Positions 18,489 to 26,450 of a DNA stretch of 36,857 nucleotides are shown in pieces (the stretch's first letter is position 1; the number at the start of each line of letters is the position of its first letter). The translations under genes were made by a program, and so were the position numbers. The stretch covers positions 1 through 36,857 of the forward strand of contig DASZVW010000040.1 of the NCBI GenBank assembly GCA_035546895.1. Reading direction: 5' to 3'. This DNA comes from Polyangia bacterium. GTDB lineage: Bacteria; Myxococcota_A; Polyangia; Fen-1088. The notes under the pieces are model-generated. The model saw only the letters and a program-made list of their open reading frames with translations. It was not told the DNA's origin and did no database searches.

Positions 18489-18947
18489 CTACGCCGAGCC
18501 GCTCGCGGGGACCACCAGGACCGGGCACTCGCCGTGCTCGACGACCTTCTCGGCGACGCTCCCGATGAAGGCGTGAGCGAGACCGCGCCGCCCGTGCGTC
18601 CCCATCACGATGAGGCCAGCGCCGCTGCGGCGCACCCTCTCGATGATACTCGTCGAGGACCGCCCGAACTCCGAGGCGCTGGTGCAGGAGACGCCCGCCC
18701 GCCGCACCTCGGCCACCACCCGCTCGAGCCTTTCGGCCGTCCGTGCCACCACACGTTCGACCGCGATCGGTCTGGACACGACGTCCACCGGCGGTGGCAA
18801 TAGCAGCGCAGGGTCCGGGTCGACGTGAAAGACTTCGATCGCGGCATGAAATGCCTGCGCCATCCGGACCGCGGTCCGCATCGCCACGGCGGACGCCTCG
18901 GAAAAATCGGTCGGGACCAGGATCAGCTTCAGATTGTCGAAATTCAT
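18489..18947 (-). CDS. Universal stress protein (UspA family)
   Basis: LKLILVPTDFSEAS ... LIVMGTHGRRGLAHAFIGSVAEKVVEHGECPVLVV. The start is set at ATG 18947 (MNFDNL) with a GGAG SD. Confidence 0.85.
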   Translation of the reverse strand: MNFDNLKLILVPTDFSEASAVAMRTAVRMAQAFHAAIEVFHVDPDPALLLPPPVDVVSRPIAVERVVARTAERLERVVAEVRRAGVSCTSASEFGRSSTSIIERVRRSGAGLIVMGTHGRRGLAHAFIGSVAEKVVEHGECPVLVVPASGSA

Positions 18948-18968
18948 AGCGGCTCCGAGCAGCAACGT

Positions 18969-18984
18969 TGCAGCGCCTGTGCCA
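18969..18984 (-). promoter_or_regulatory. Candidate sigma-54 -24/-12 promoter, TGGCACAGGCGCTGCA
   Basis: Perfect TGGCAC with a CTGCA -12. It sits 22 nt upstream of ATG 18947, so the predicted ~11-nt leader contains the GGAG. Confidence 0.6.
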
Positions 18985-19100
18985 GCAAATGCCCTCCCCC
19001 GAGCGGAGGTTCATCGAACGACGCCAGCAATCGGTGCATGGGTGCCGACCTCTCCCGCAAAGTTTTCGCGGTTCCGCACGACGTTGAGCCGCCTCTGCGC

Positions 19101-19116
19101 CGGCACGGCGGATGCT
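19101..19116 (+). promoter_or_regulatory. Candidate sigma-54 -24/-12 promoter, CGGCACGGCGGATGCT
   Basis: Correct GG/GC spacing. The -12 C at 19115 is 17 nt from ATG 19132. Confidence 0.4.
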
Positions 19117-19131
19117 CCGTAAGCGACCGAG

Positions 19132-19815
19132 ATGCGACCTTCCCCGCGCAACGGCGCCTCCAAAACGACGACGGCGCTCTGCCCGATGCCCGACACCCGA
19201 TCGCCGATCCGCCTTCCGAAGCCGAGCCTGGCGCCGTTCGGCTCGATCGCCGACGCGCTTCGGCGGCGACGAACCACCCGCTCGATCGGCGCCCGCCAAC
19301 TCGGCGCACAGCTCCTCTCCAACGTCCTCTTCGCGGCCTGCGGCGTGAATCGCAAGCGCGGCCCTTTCGGCGCTCCCGGCGTCACGGCGGCGTCCGCCAG
19401 CAACTCCCAGGAGGTCGACGTCTACGTCGCCCTCGAGGACGGGGCCTATCGCTTCGACACCCGTTACCACCTGCTGGTGCCCGTCACCAACGAGGATCTC
19501 CGCCTGCTGGCCTACACGCCCCACCAACCGCTCCTGTCGCCGGACGCGCCCGTGCAGCTGATCTTCGTCGTCGACCTCGGCAAGCTGGAGCACACCTCCG
19601 GCTTCGAAGAGCCCGGTCTGCACGACCCCGAGGTGCAGAAGTCCTACTATTACGTCGACACCGGCGTCATCGCCGGGAACGTCTACCTGTTCGCGGCCGC
19701 CGAGGGGCTGGCCTGCTGGTTCCACAACTGCGACCGGCGCGCCCTGGCCAGACGCCTGCGACTCGGGAAACACCAACGCGTCCTGTTCGCGCAGACCGTG
19801 GGGTATCGATCATGA
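19132..19815 (+). CDS. Nitroreductase-family protein
   Basis: SIADALRRRRTTRSIG...LLSNVLFAACGVNR...AASASNSQEVDVYVALEDGAYRFD...YVDTGVIAGNVYLFAAAEGL. The alternative start ATG 19186 is equally compatible with homologues. 19132 is favoured by high GC3 and by the promoter geometry. Confidence 0.8.
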   Translation: MRPSPRNGASKTTTALCPMPDTRSPIRLPKPSLAPFGSIADALRRRRTTRSIGARQLGAQLLSNVLFAACGVNRKRGPFGAPGVTAASASNSQEVDVYVALEDGAYRFDTRYHLLVPVTNEDLRLLAYTPHQPLLSPDAPVQLIFVVDLGKLEHTSGFEEPGLHDPEVQKSYYYVDTGVIAGNVYLFAAAEGLACWFHNCDRRALARRLRLGKHQRVLFAQTVGYRS

Positions 19816-20276
19816 ACGACTCATCGAAGCGCGTCAGCCTCTCCAGCGAGGCCCGGAACGCCATCCTGGCCCAGCACGACGAGCTGCGGACCCTGACCGC
19901 GAAGGTCGGTGAGCTATTGCATCTCGGCTCGGCCAGCGCATCGGCGATCGAGTCAGTCCGCGCCGAGGCCCGGGCCCTCTATGCGCGGCTCGACGAGCAC
20001 ATGCGTTTCGAGGAGAGCACCCTCGAAGCCGCACTGAGTGACGTCATCGGTCGCGGCCCGGAGCTGCACGCCGAGATCGAACGGGACCACGAGCATCAGC
20101 GCGCCACCCTCGCCGCCGCCATCGCGGAGATCGGACAGACCGGACCTTCGCGCGAGGAGCTCGTTCAGGGCATCCGGCGCTTCATCGATCTCCTGCTGCG
20201 TGACATGGATGAAGAAGAGCAGATCCTGCTCGACGCCGAGGTCGACGCGCTGTTGACCGACGGTGAGGGCGGCTGA
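19812..20276 (+). CDS. Hemerythrin-like (HHE) domain protein
   Basis: 154-aa helical protein with spaced H/E residues (QHDELRTL...LDEHMRFEES...ERDHEHQRATL...DMDEEEQILL). Its ATG overlaps the nitroreductase stop (ATGA, 19812-19815). Confidence 0.7.
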   Translation: MNDSSKRVSLSSEARNAILAQHDELRTLTAKVGELLHLGSASASAIESVRAEARALYARLDEHMRFEESTLEAALSDVIGRGPELHAEIERDHEHQRATLAAAIAEIGQTGPSREELVQGIRRFIDLLLRDMDEEEQILLDAEVDALLTDGEGG

Positions 20277-20337
20277 ACGAACCTGCACCACAGCGCGCGC
20301 CGCCCCGCGGTCGATGGCGCGAACCGGCTTGACCCAC

Positions 20338-21618
20338 CTACGGTTCGCCCGCGCCGTACGGCGAGACCGGCGGTCGGACGAGGCAGGTGGTCGGCGAACG
20401 ATCGCTGACGGCCACCATTCCAGGCTCGAGGTCGAAGCTCCGGATCTCGATGAGATCCCCGTCCAGGACCCCGACCTCGACGGCCTTCCGGTAAGGGCGT
20501 CCTCTTTCGTCCGTGAGCCAGATCGACGCCGCCTGCCCCTGCGGACGCGTCCCGCTCACGAAGGGCGTGAATCCGACGGGCGCCCCGTACTCGACGGCCG
20601 CCTCGGGCACAGCCAACGCGTCCGCCGGACTGGTCGCGGAAAGCTCCACCAGCGCGGACATGCCGACATGGAGTCGACCTTCGGGATTGGGGACCGAGAG
20701 GACGACGGTGTAGTAAGCGGGGCTGCGGACCGCGTCGACGAGCGGCACGATCTCGCGCACCGAGGCAGTGAGCTCGTCGCGGCCGAACGCCGGGGTCGTG
20801 AACCGCGCGTCGTCGGGCCGGATGGAGGTCACGTACCGCTCGTCGACCTGGACCTCGAGCCGCAGCCCGCGGAGGTCTGCCGCGATCACGAAGAGCGGCG
20901 GTGCCGGCGGGCTGGCCGAGATGGTTTCGCCGACATCGATCATCCGTCCCAACACCACGCCCGAAAGCGGAGATCGGATGGTGCGCTTGGCCAGGACACT
21001 TCGCGCGCGCCGCAGATCGGCGGCCCGCCGCTTGGCGCGGGCGGTCGCCTGCATGAGGTCCAGTTGGGCGTCCCCGGCTTCCCCGTCGAGCAGTTGGTTC
21101 GCCGGCCAGTCCTCGGGTCCAACGCCGTCGGCGCGGAAGCCGTCCAGGATGTCTCCGAGCGCGCGTTCTGCCTTCACTTGGGCGACCGCGGCCTCCGCGA
21201 CCTGCGCCGCGGCCCCCTCGACGCCCGCCTCCTGATCGTCGCCGTCCAACCGGGCCAGGATCTGCCCGGCCGCGACCCTGTCGCCCGGAACGACGTCGAC
21301 CTCGACGACACGGCCCGCGCCCTCGAATCCGACGCGGACCATTCTGGTCGCGCGCAAGACGCCCGGGAGGCGAAGGACTCCATCCAAGGCGCCTCGGGTC
21401 ACGATCGCGGTCTGGCAGGGGCGCGCGACCTCGAGCTTCGTCGTCTGCGCTCGCCGCAGCGCCAGGCCCCCGGCGATCAGCCCGAGGGCACCGGCGACGA
21501 CCACCGCCCGGGTGAACGCCCTCCGCCCCGGGGGCGAGCTGGGCGTCGGCGACAGCCGGGGCGCGATCGAAACGGGCGCGACGCGGTGAAGAGGTCGATG
21601 GTGGTGAACGGTTGCCAT
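20338..21618 (-). CDS. Periplasmic adaptor / membrane fusion protein (HlyD-RND MFP family), orphan
   Basis: TM anchor (AVVVAGALGLIAGGLAL), lipoyl motif (GAGRVVEVDVVPGDRVAAGQILARLD), coiled-coil and a second half (IRSPLSGVVLGRMIDVGE). The start is set at ATG 21618. Confidence 0.8.
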   Translation of the reverse strand: MATVHHHRPLHRVAPVSIAPRLSPTPSSPPGRRAFTRAVVVAGALGLIAGGLALRRAQTTKLEVARPCQTAIVTRGALDGVLRLPGVLRATRMVRVGFEGAGRVVEVDVVPGDRVAAGQILARLDGDDQEAGVEGAAAQVAEAAVAQVKAERALGDILDGFRADGVGPEDWPANQLLDGEAGDAQLDLMQATARAKRRAADLRRARSVLAKRTIRSPLSGVVLGRMIDVGETISASPPAPPLFVIAADLRGLRLEVQVDERYVTSIRPDDARFTTPAFGRDELTASVREIVPLVDAVRSPAYYTVVLSVPNPEGRLHVGMSALVELSATSPADALAVPEAAVEYGAPVGFTPFVSGTRPQGQAASIWLTDERGRPYRKAVEVGVLDGDLIEIRSFDLEPGMVAVSDRSPTTCLVRPPVSPYGAGEP

Positions 21619-21630
21619 GCCCCATCGAGG

Positions 21631-21646
21631 ATCACGTCGCGTGCCA
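21631..21646 (-). promoter_or_regulatory. Weak sigma-54-like element, TGGCACGCGACGTGAT (perfect -24, degenerate -12)
   Basis: Same 14-nt geometry to ATG 21618 as the stronger sites. The conserved GC of the -12 is missing. Confidence 0.25.
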
Positions 21647-21779
21647 GGTGGTGCGTCGCACCTCCCCACGCGCGAGCGGCACCGGACGCAGTCGCACAGT
21701 TTGCGCCGCGTCGGGGAGCGCGACGCATATTCTGCAGATCGCTCGCTCCCTCACTCTCGTCGACGGCGTCGAAGCGCAA

Positions 21780-21795
21780 GGGAACATTCCTTGCA
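21780..21795 (+). promoter_or_regulatory. Candidate sigma-54 -24/-12 promoter, GGGAACATTCCTTGCA
   Basis: It has the same GGGAAC-N5-TTGCA form as the 7085-7100 site. It lies about 80 nt upstream of the CheB-like start. Confidence 0.45.
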
Positions 21796-21874
21796 CGCGG
21801 TCTGGCCGACCATTCGAGCCAGCCCCGACCTTCCGGAAACCTACCCGTTCGGATTGTGAACCGAGAAGGGGTAT

Positions 21875-22564
21875 GTGATGCGAACGTCCCGTCGAAGACG
21901 GCTCCAGCCTGACGTGAGCAAGACAAACGTGCCGCCTCGACACCTGATCGCGATCGTGGGCTCGAGGGGAGGCCTGAAGCCCTTGGTGACGATCGTTCGC
22001 GACCTGCCGCTCGATCTGGATGCGGCCGTCGTCGTGTTGATTCACCGAGGCGCTACAACGAAAAGCCATCTCGCGGAGATCCTCTCACGTGCCACCTCCT
22101 TGCCGGTCGCGTTCGCGGTCGACGGCGAGCGCCTCGAGAGAGGCCGGATCTACGTCGTACCACCTGGCGACCGCCACGCCCTGATTCAAGGCCGAACGAT
22201 CCGTCTCGTCGCTGCCCCTCGGGTCCACTATCATCGCCCGGCGGGCGATCCTCTCCTCTATTCGGCCGCCGCCGCGTTCGGCCCCGACGCCATCGGCGTG
22301 ATCTTGAGCGGGATGGGACGAAATGGCGAGGCTGGGGTCGCCGCCATCAAGCAAGGCAGGGGCAAAGTGTTCGTGCAGTCCGTCGTCGAGGCCGAGTACC
22401 CCAGCATGCCGAGACACGCCATGGCCGCAGCCGAGCCAGATGCGTGCCTGATGGCCGCCGAGATTGCGCCGCGGCTGGCGGCTCTGTGCGCGCCTGCAGT
22501 TGTCCCGTTCGAGGCGGCGGACAGAGCTGAGCGCCCACGTCGTCGCGAGCACAGGTCGGCTTGA
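21875..22564 (+). CDS. CheB-type methylesterase-domain protein without a receiver domain
   Basis: IAIVGSRGGLKPL (Ser motif), VVVLIHRG (His motif) and GVILSGMGRNGEAGVAAIKQGRGKVFVQ...PSMPRHA. A GAGAAGGGG SD precedes GTG 21875 / ATG 21878. Confidence 0.8.
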   Translation: MMRTSRRRRLQPDVSKTNVPPRHLIAIVGSRGGLKPLVTIVRDLPLDLDAAVVVLIHRGATTKSHLAEILSRATSLPVAFAVDGERLERGRIYVVPPGDRHALIQGRTIRLVAAPRVHYHRPAGDPLLYSAAAAFGPDAIGVILSGMGRNGEAGVAAIKQGRGKVFVQSVVEAEYPSMPRHAMAAAEPDACLMAAEIAPRLAALCAPAVVPFEAADRAERPRRREHRSA

Positions 22565-22688
22565 GATCCCCGCCCGCCAGATGACGCAGACGCGTCCGAA
22601 GGCGTTGCCCGGCCGACCCGGAGGAGACCTGAAACCGAGCCACTCTGGCGGACCGCCTGAAGCGGATAACGATTGGACGGCGGCGCGC

Positions 22689-22886
22689 TCAGGTCGTTTT
22701 GAGTTCAGGCGTTAGCGCGAGCGTCGCTCGGCCCAGGCTCTCTTCTATTCGGGAGAGGTGTTTCTCGACTTCGGCGTCGACTGCTCCGACGCCGTCGAGA
22801 TGCTTGCGAAGAAGATAGACGGATGTGCGGGCCACCGCGAGCCCCTCGCGTACGACGCGCACCCATTCATCCGACGACGACGCCAT
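22689..22886 (-). CDS. Hypothetical small helical protein (65 aa)
   Basis: ATG-initiated ORF with moderate GC3 in the lower-GC islet. I recognise no family. Confidence 0.3.
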   Translation of the reverse strand: MASSSDEWVRVVREGLAVARTSVYLLRKHLDGVGAVDAEVEKHLSRIEESLGRATLALTPELKTT

Positions 22887-23104
22887 CAGTCCAAAGCCTT
22901 GCGAGGTGACGATCGCTCATCGGCGACGACATCTCGGCTCACTGTTCGCGACATCGTCGACTTCACCTTACGCCTCGTTCGACGCGACATACACCTTACG
23001 AGGAACGGCAATCGACCTCGTACAATGTCTTACGCCCGGCTCGCGATTACGGGTTCACCTGAGACACCCGATCTCCCTGATGAGCGGGCTTTCACGCGAT
23101 GGAT

Positions 23105-23308
23105 CTACGCACGCTTGCCGCGGCGAATCATCAAGTGAAGGAGGCAGGGCCCCCACAGTCCCATCGCTATCGGCAAAAGCCCAATGACCGCGACGACACG
23201 CCCGCCTATCCCCCTCGCTCCCAAGCCGAGATGAATGAGTACGACGCCCAGCGCGACCCGCAGCCCACGACCGAAGGGACGCTCCATGAACTCGAAGACT
23301 TTGTTCAT
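23105..23308 (-). CDS. DUF2892 (YgaP-like) small membrane protein
   Basis: Two TM helices and a C-terminal GLWGPCLLHLMI motif resembling the conserved G-x-C-P-x-Y region of DUF2892. GGAG lies 8 nt before ATG 23308. Confidence 0.6.
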   Translation of the reverse strand: MNKVFEFMERPFGRGLRVALGVVLIHLGLGARGIGGRVVAVIGLLPIAMGLWGPCLLHLMIRRGKRA

Positions 23309-23332
23309 CGTCTTTTCTCCGTCACGGATAAT

Positions 23333-23348
23333 TGCAACGGCGATGCCG
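23333..23348 (-). promoter_or_regulatory. Candidate sigma-54 -24/-12 promoter, CGGCATCGCCGTTGCA
   Basis: Correct spacing with a perfect TTGCA. It sits 25 nt upstream of ATG 23308, so the predicted leader contains the GGAG. Confidence 0.5.
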
Positions 23349-23515
23349 TGGTCAGATCCGCGTGACGCCTCGCCCGATTTCTCGTCGACTGTGCGAAACC
23401 GCGCAAAGGATGCCGGCAAGGACGGCAACCGTGTAGAAGCTGCGCGCTCGCCGCTAGGGAAGCCCGACCGGTCGAAATCGTGCGCCCGGCATCATTGGCT
23501 CTGCTGCGGAGATCG

Positions 23516-24148
23516 TCACTCGAGAGGGGCCCAGCGAGGCGTCGCCTCCTCCCAAGGATTGTCCGTTAGAGACGTAAGCTCTGACCCGTCGGGACGCATG
23601 ACGACGATTTCCCCGTAGGACTGTGGGTTGTGCGGATGCAAGGCCATTTCGTCTTTGAAGCCCGCGCGACCCGACGAAAATGCGATCCATTTTCCGTCCG
23701 GCGACCAGCTGGAGTGGGCGTCATTTCCCGGCAGATGAGTGAGCCGCTTCAAGCCTGTGCCGTCGGGGCGGATGACGTAGATCTCGTAGTCGAGATCTTC
23801 GCGATTGCTGGTGAAGCAAATCCAGTCACCTTGCGGCGACCACTCGGGGAAATTATCCGTTTGGTTGCCTTCGGTCAGCACTTTCACCTCAGCGGTTTCG
23901 ACGTCTACGATGCGCAAGCCCTTGCCGCCCTTGCTCGCTCCTCGGAACACAATCCGCTTGCCGTCGGGAGCCCAGCTCAGGAAGCCGTCGTTGCCGTCGC
24001 CATGTGTGACTTCAGGACGCTCCTCGCGACGGCTGTTTTGAGCCCGAGCGCCGAACAGCCGGCCGACGGTGTCCCCCGGGTTTTCCGAAGTGCCCGAACT
24101 ATCTCGGGAACCTTCGGGAACTGCTCCGGTCTCTCTAACGAGCCGCAA
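23516..24148 (-). pseudogene. PD40/TolB-like beta-propeller protein, N-terminally decayed fragment
   Basis: Three to four PD40 repeats (FLSWAPDGKRIVF, FPEWSPQGDWICFTS, HSSWSPDGKWIAFSS). There is no signal peptide and the only possible start is TTG. PD40-like sequence (VEVIAFSRNS) continues upstream to an in-frame TGA at 24185-24187. Further repeat-like fragments appear in other frames up to about 24330. Confidence 0.5.
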
Positions 24149-24357
24149 ACACTGCGAATTGCGGCTAAACGCGATTACCTCAACTCAGACCAGAACTTAA
24201 TTTCACTTAGGACACCAGCAGTTACCACGAACCAGTTGTTTACCGGCGGAGCCGCGGTCGTTCACTTCGTGAGAAGCTACCCGAGGTTGCCGCCGTAAAT
24301 CCCACCGGCCCGCAGCCGTTTCGGACCAGGGCTGGGCACCCAGTCGTGCTGCTCGGT

Positions 24358-25014
24358 TCAGCGCTCGGGTCCGCGTGCCCTGCCCAACGTCAGCAACTTC
24401 GCGCTGAGCCGCTCTACCCGCTGGCGCAGCATTGGTACCGCCTTGGCCGCGGTCGGGTGCTCCTCGGCCAAATTGATGATGTCGAGGAGATCGATCCGTC
24501 GCTTGCTCGGGCGGCGCGCCGGTTCCTCCGCCGCCGCCAGCTTCAAAATGAGAAGGTCCTTCGGGGACGCGAGCCGAAAGCGGTAGCCACCGGCGTCAAC
24601 CACCTTGGCGCGCGCCACCGCGTCCTCGATCCCCACGTCCTCCGAAGAGAACTGAACGACGGTGCGCTCTTTCTTCGGCCGCGGTCCGGGCGCCCGCCAG
24701 TTGTCACTGTGCTCGTACCGCCCCTCGTGCACGAAGCCCGCCTCGATTAAAGCATCCCGTGGGATGTCATCGAACCGAGCCACCGCCAGATCCACGTCCA
24801 AAGTCGTCCGCGGCTCCTGCGAATAGATCTGAACGGCGACGCCGCCGATCAGCGCGTAGCGGGTACCTGCCGCCTCCAGCACCTTCACCACCGCACGCAA
24901 CGCGCTCTCCTTGGTGTCGCCTTCGGGCAAGCCCATCGTCTCCCTCCAAAGCCGGTCCAGGGCATAGCTCTGCCCCAGCCGATCTCGGACCGCGGCAGCA
25001 GAGGGAGCGCCCAC
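24358..25014 (-). CDS. Nucleotidyltransferase-fold protein (AbiEii/DUF6036-like minimal NTase)
   Basis: YALIGGVAVQIYSQEPRTTLDVDLAV matches the Pol-beta NTase G[GS]-x(n)-DxD signature. GTG start at 25014, with ATG 24936 as an alternative. Confidence 0.6.
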   Translation of the reverse strand: MGAPSAAAVRDRLGQSYALDRLWRETMGLPEGDTKESALRAVVKVLEAAGTRYALIGGVAVQIYSQEPRTTLDVDLAVARFDDIPRDALIEAGFVHEGRYEHSDNWRAPGPRPKKERTVVQFSSEDVGIEDAVARAKVVDAGGYRFRLASPKDLLILKLAAAEEPARRPSKRRIDLLDIINLAEEHPTAAKAVPMLRQRVERLSAKLLTLGRARGPER

Positions 25015-25142
25015 GACCGCAATTATACCTTGGGACGAAAAGCTCAGCCTATCCGGTCAGAAGGGCGCGGCTGCTTACCGCGAATTTGTCGTTTGGAAAG
25101 GTGCCGGAAACAGTCGCGGGTCTATCATGAAGGCAGGCGGAC

Positions 25143-26450
25143 ATGGCACGCGCGACGAACCGGGGCTATCAGGTTCACGACAGCGGCGATCACACGACGC
25201 TCGACGGGATCTTCCGTCTCATCTCGCTCGGTGAACGCGAGGCGCCGCTCGAGGACGTGCTGACCGCGATGTGCGGCGACGTCGCGGCAATCGCCAGCGC
25301 CGACGTGGCCAGCATCTACGTCCGTGAGGACGGGCCCGGCGGCGAGCGGTTCACCATGCGCGGCAACGTCGGCTTCCCGGCCGAGGCGCTCGGGCGCGTG
25401 CACCTCGGCCGCGGCGAGGGGATCACCGGATTCGCGGCCGACCGGCTGCGGCCGGTCTCGGTCGCCGACGCCGATCGCGACGCGCGCTTCAAGTACATCC
25501 CGGGGCTGGGCGAGGAGCGGTTTCCGGCGCTGCTGGCGGTCCCGGTGCTCCGCGCCGGCGCCGCCGCCGGGGTGCTGGTGCTGCAGCGGCGGGTGGCGAA
25601 CGCGTTCACGCCCGAGGAGGTGGCGCTGGCCAGCGCGCTGGCCGCCGTCATCAACCACGCGCTCGAGCGCGGCGAGGGGCGCGCCCGGCAGCACGCCGCC
25701 GCCGCCGACCGGCGGACGGTCCGGCTGGCAGGTGTCTCGATCGTCGGCGGCGCGGCGATGGGGCGCGCCGAGACCTTGCCGACGCTGGCCGCGCTCGCCC
25801 GCGGCGAGACGGCCGCGCGGCCAGTGGAGACCGCCTACCTGGAGACGATCTGGAACCGACTGCGCGGCGAGCTGCAACGCGCGGCGGGCCTGATCGGCGG
25901 CGCGGCGCGCGCGGAGATCGCCTTGTCGGCGATGATCCTCGAGGACGAGCGCTTCCGTGGCCGGCTCGCCGAGGCCTGCGCCGCCCCGGCCCCGCTCAAG
26001 GCGCTCTCCGACCTGGCGCGCGCCTACGCCCGGGTGCCGTTCTCCGGCGCCTCCGGCGACGGGGCGAACGCCGAATGGCTCGGCGCGCGCGCGGCGGAGA
26101 TGGAAGACCTCTGCGTCCTCGTCCACGCGGGCGCGCGCGCGGCGCAGAGCGGGCGGCCGCTGTTTCCTTCCGGCTCCGTTCTGGCCAGCGAGCGCCTCGG
26201 CCTCTTCTCGACGGCCTACGCGATCGCCGCCGGCGCCTCGGCGTTCGTCGTCGACGGCGACGTCCCGGGTGAAGGCGGTCCCGCGGCGCTGGTCCGCGCG
26301 GCCGGCCGGCCGCTCCTCGCCTCGGTGCGCGGCCTCTACGCCTGGCTCCGGCCCGAAGATCTCCTGGTGGTCGATGCCGACGCCGGCGTCGTGCGCATCA
26401 ACCCGCCGGCCACGGCGGTGGCCAGGTTCAGGCAGGCCCGCAGCCCCTAA
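25143..26450 (+). CDS. GAF domain fused to PTS Enzyme I-like N-terminal and swivel domains (truncated PtsP-like protein)
   Basis: GAF: VASIYVREDG...GEGITGFAADRLRPVSVADADRDARFKYIPGLGEERFPALLAVPVLRAGAAAGVLVLQRR. An EI-N-like helical region follows, then a swivel-like end (LLVVDADAGVVRINP). The PEP-binding barrel is absent. Confidence 0.75.
   Translation: MARATNRGYQVHDSGDHTTLDGIFRLISLGEREAPLEDVLTAMCGDVAAIASADVASIYVREDGPGGERFTMRGNVGFPAEALGRVHLGRGEGITGFAADRLRPVSVADADRDARFKYIPGLGEERFPALLAVPVLRAGAAAGVLVLQRRVANAFTPEEVALASALAAVINHALERGEGRARQHAAAADRRTVRLAGVSIVGGAAMGRAETLPTLAALARGETAARPVETAYLETIWNRLRGELQRAAGLIGGAARAEIALSAMILEDERFRGRLAEACAAPAPLKALSDLARAYARVPFSGASGDGANAEWLGARAAEMEDLCVLVHAGARAAQSGRPLFPSGSVLASERLGLFSTAYAIAAGASAFVVDGDVPGEGGPAALVRAAGRPLLASVRGLYAWLRPEDLLVVDADAGVVRINPPATAVARFRQARSP

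Noticed and set aside
22758-23138. A 126-aa plus-strand ORF (and 22825-23187) in the low-GC islet as genes.
   Set aside because: The first half is antisense to the small minus-strand ORF. There is no convincing start context or family resemblance, and GC3 is no better than the local background. I cannot exclude a short peptide (ATG 23025, MSYARLAITG...) but have no support for it.
24141-24166. An 8-bp perfect hairpin (AGCCGCAA-N10-TTGCGGCT) as a terminator or regulatory RNA.
   Set aside because: It has no U-tract. It lies within the decayed PD40 reading frame rather than after a gene end. It is a single occurrence.
25141-25150. ATGGCACG at the ptsP-like start as a -24 box.
   Set aside because: No -12 element follows at the required spacing, and the sequence overlaps the start codon itself.
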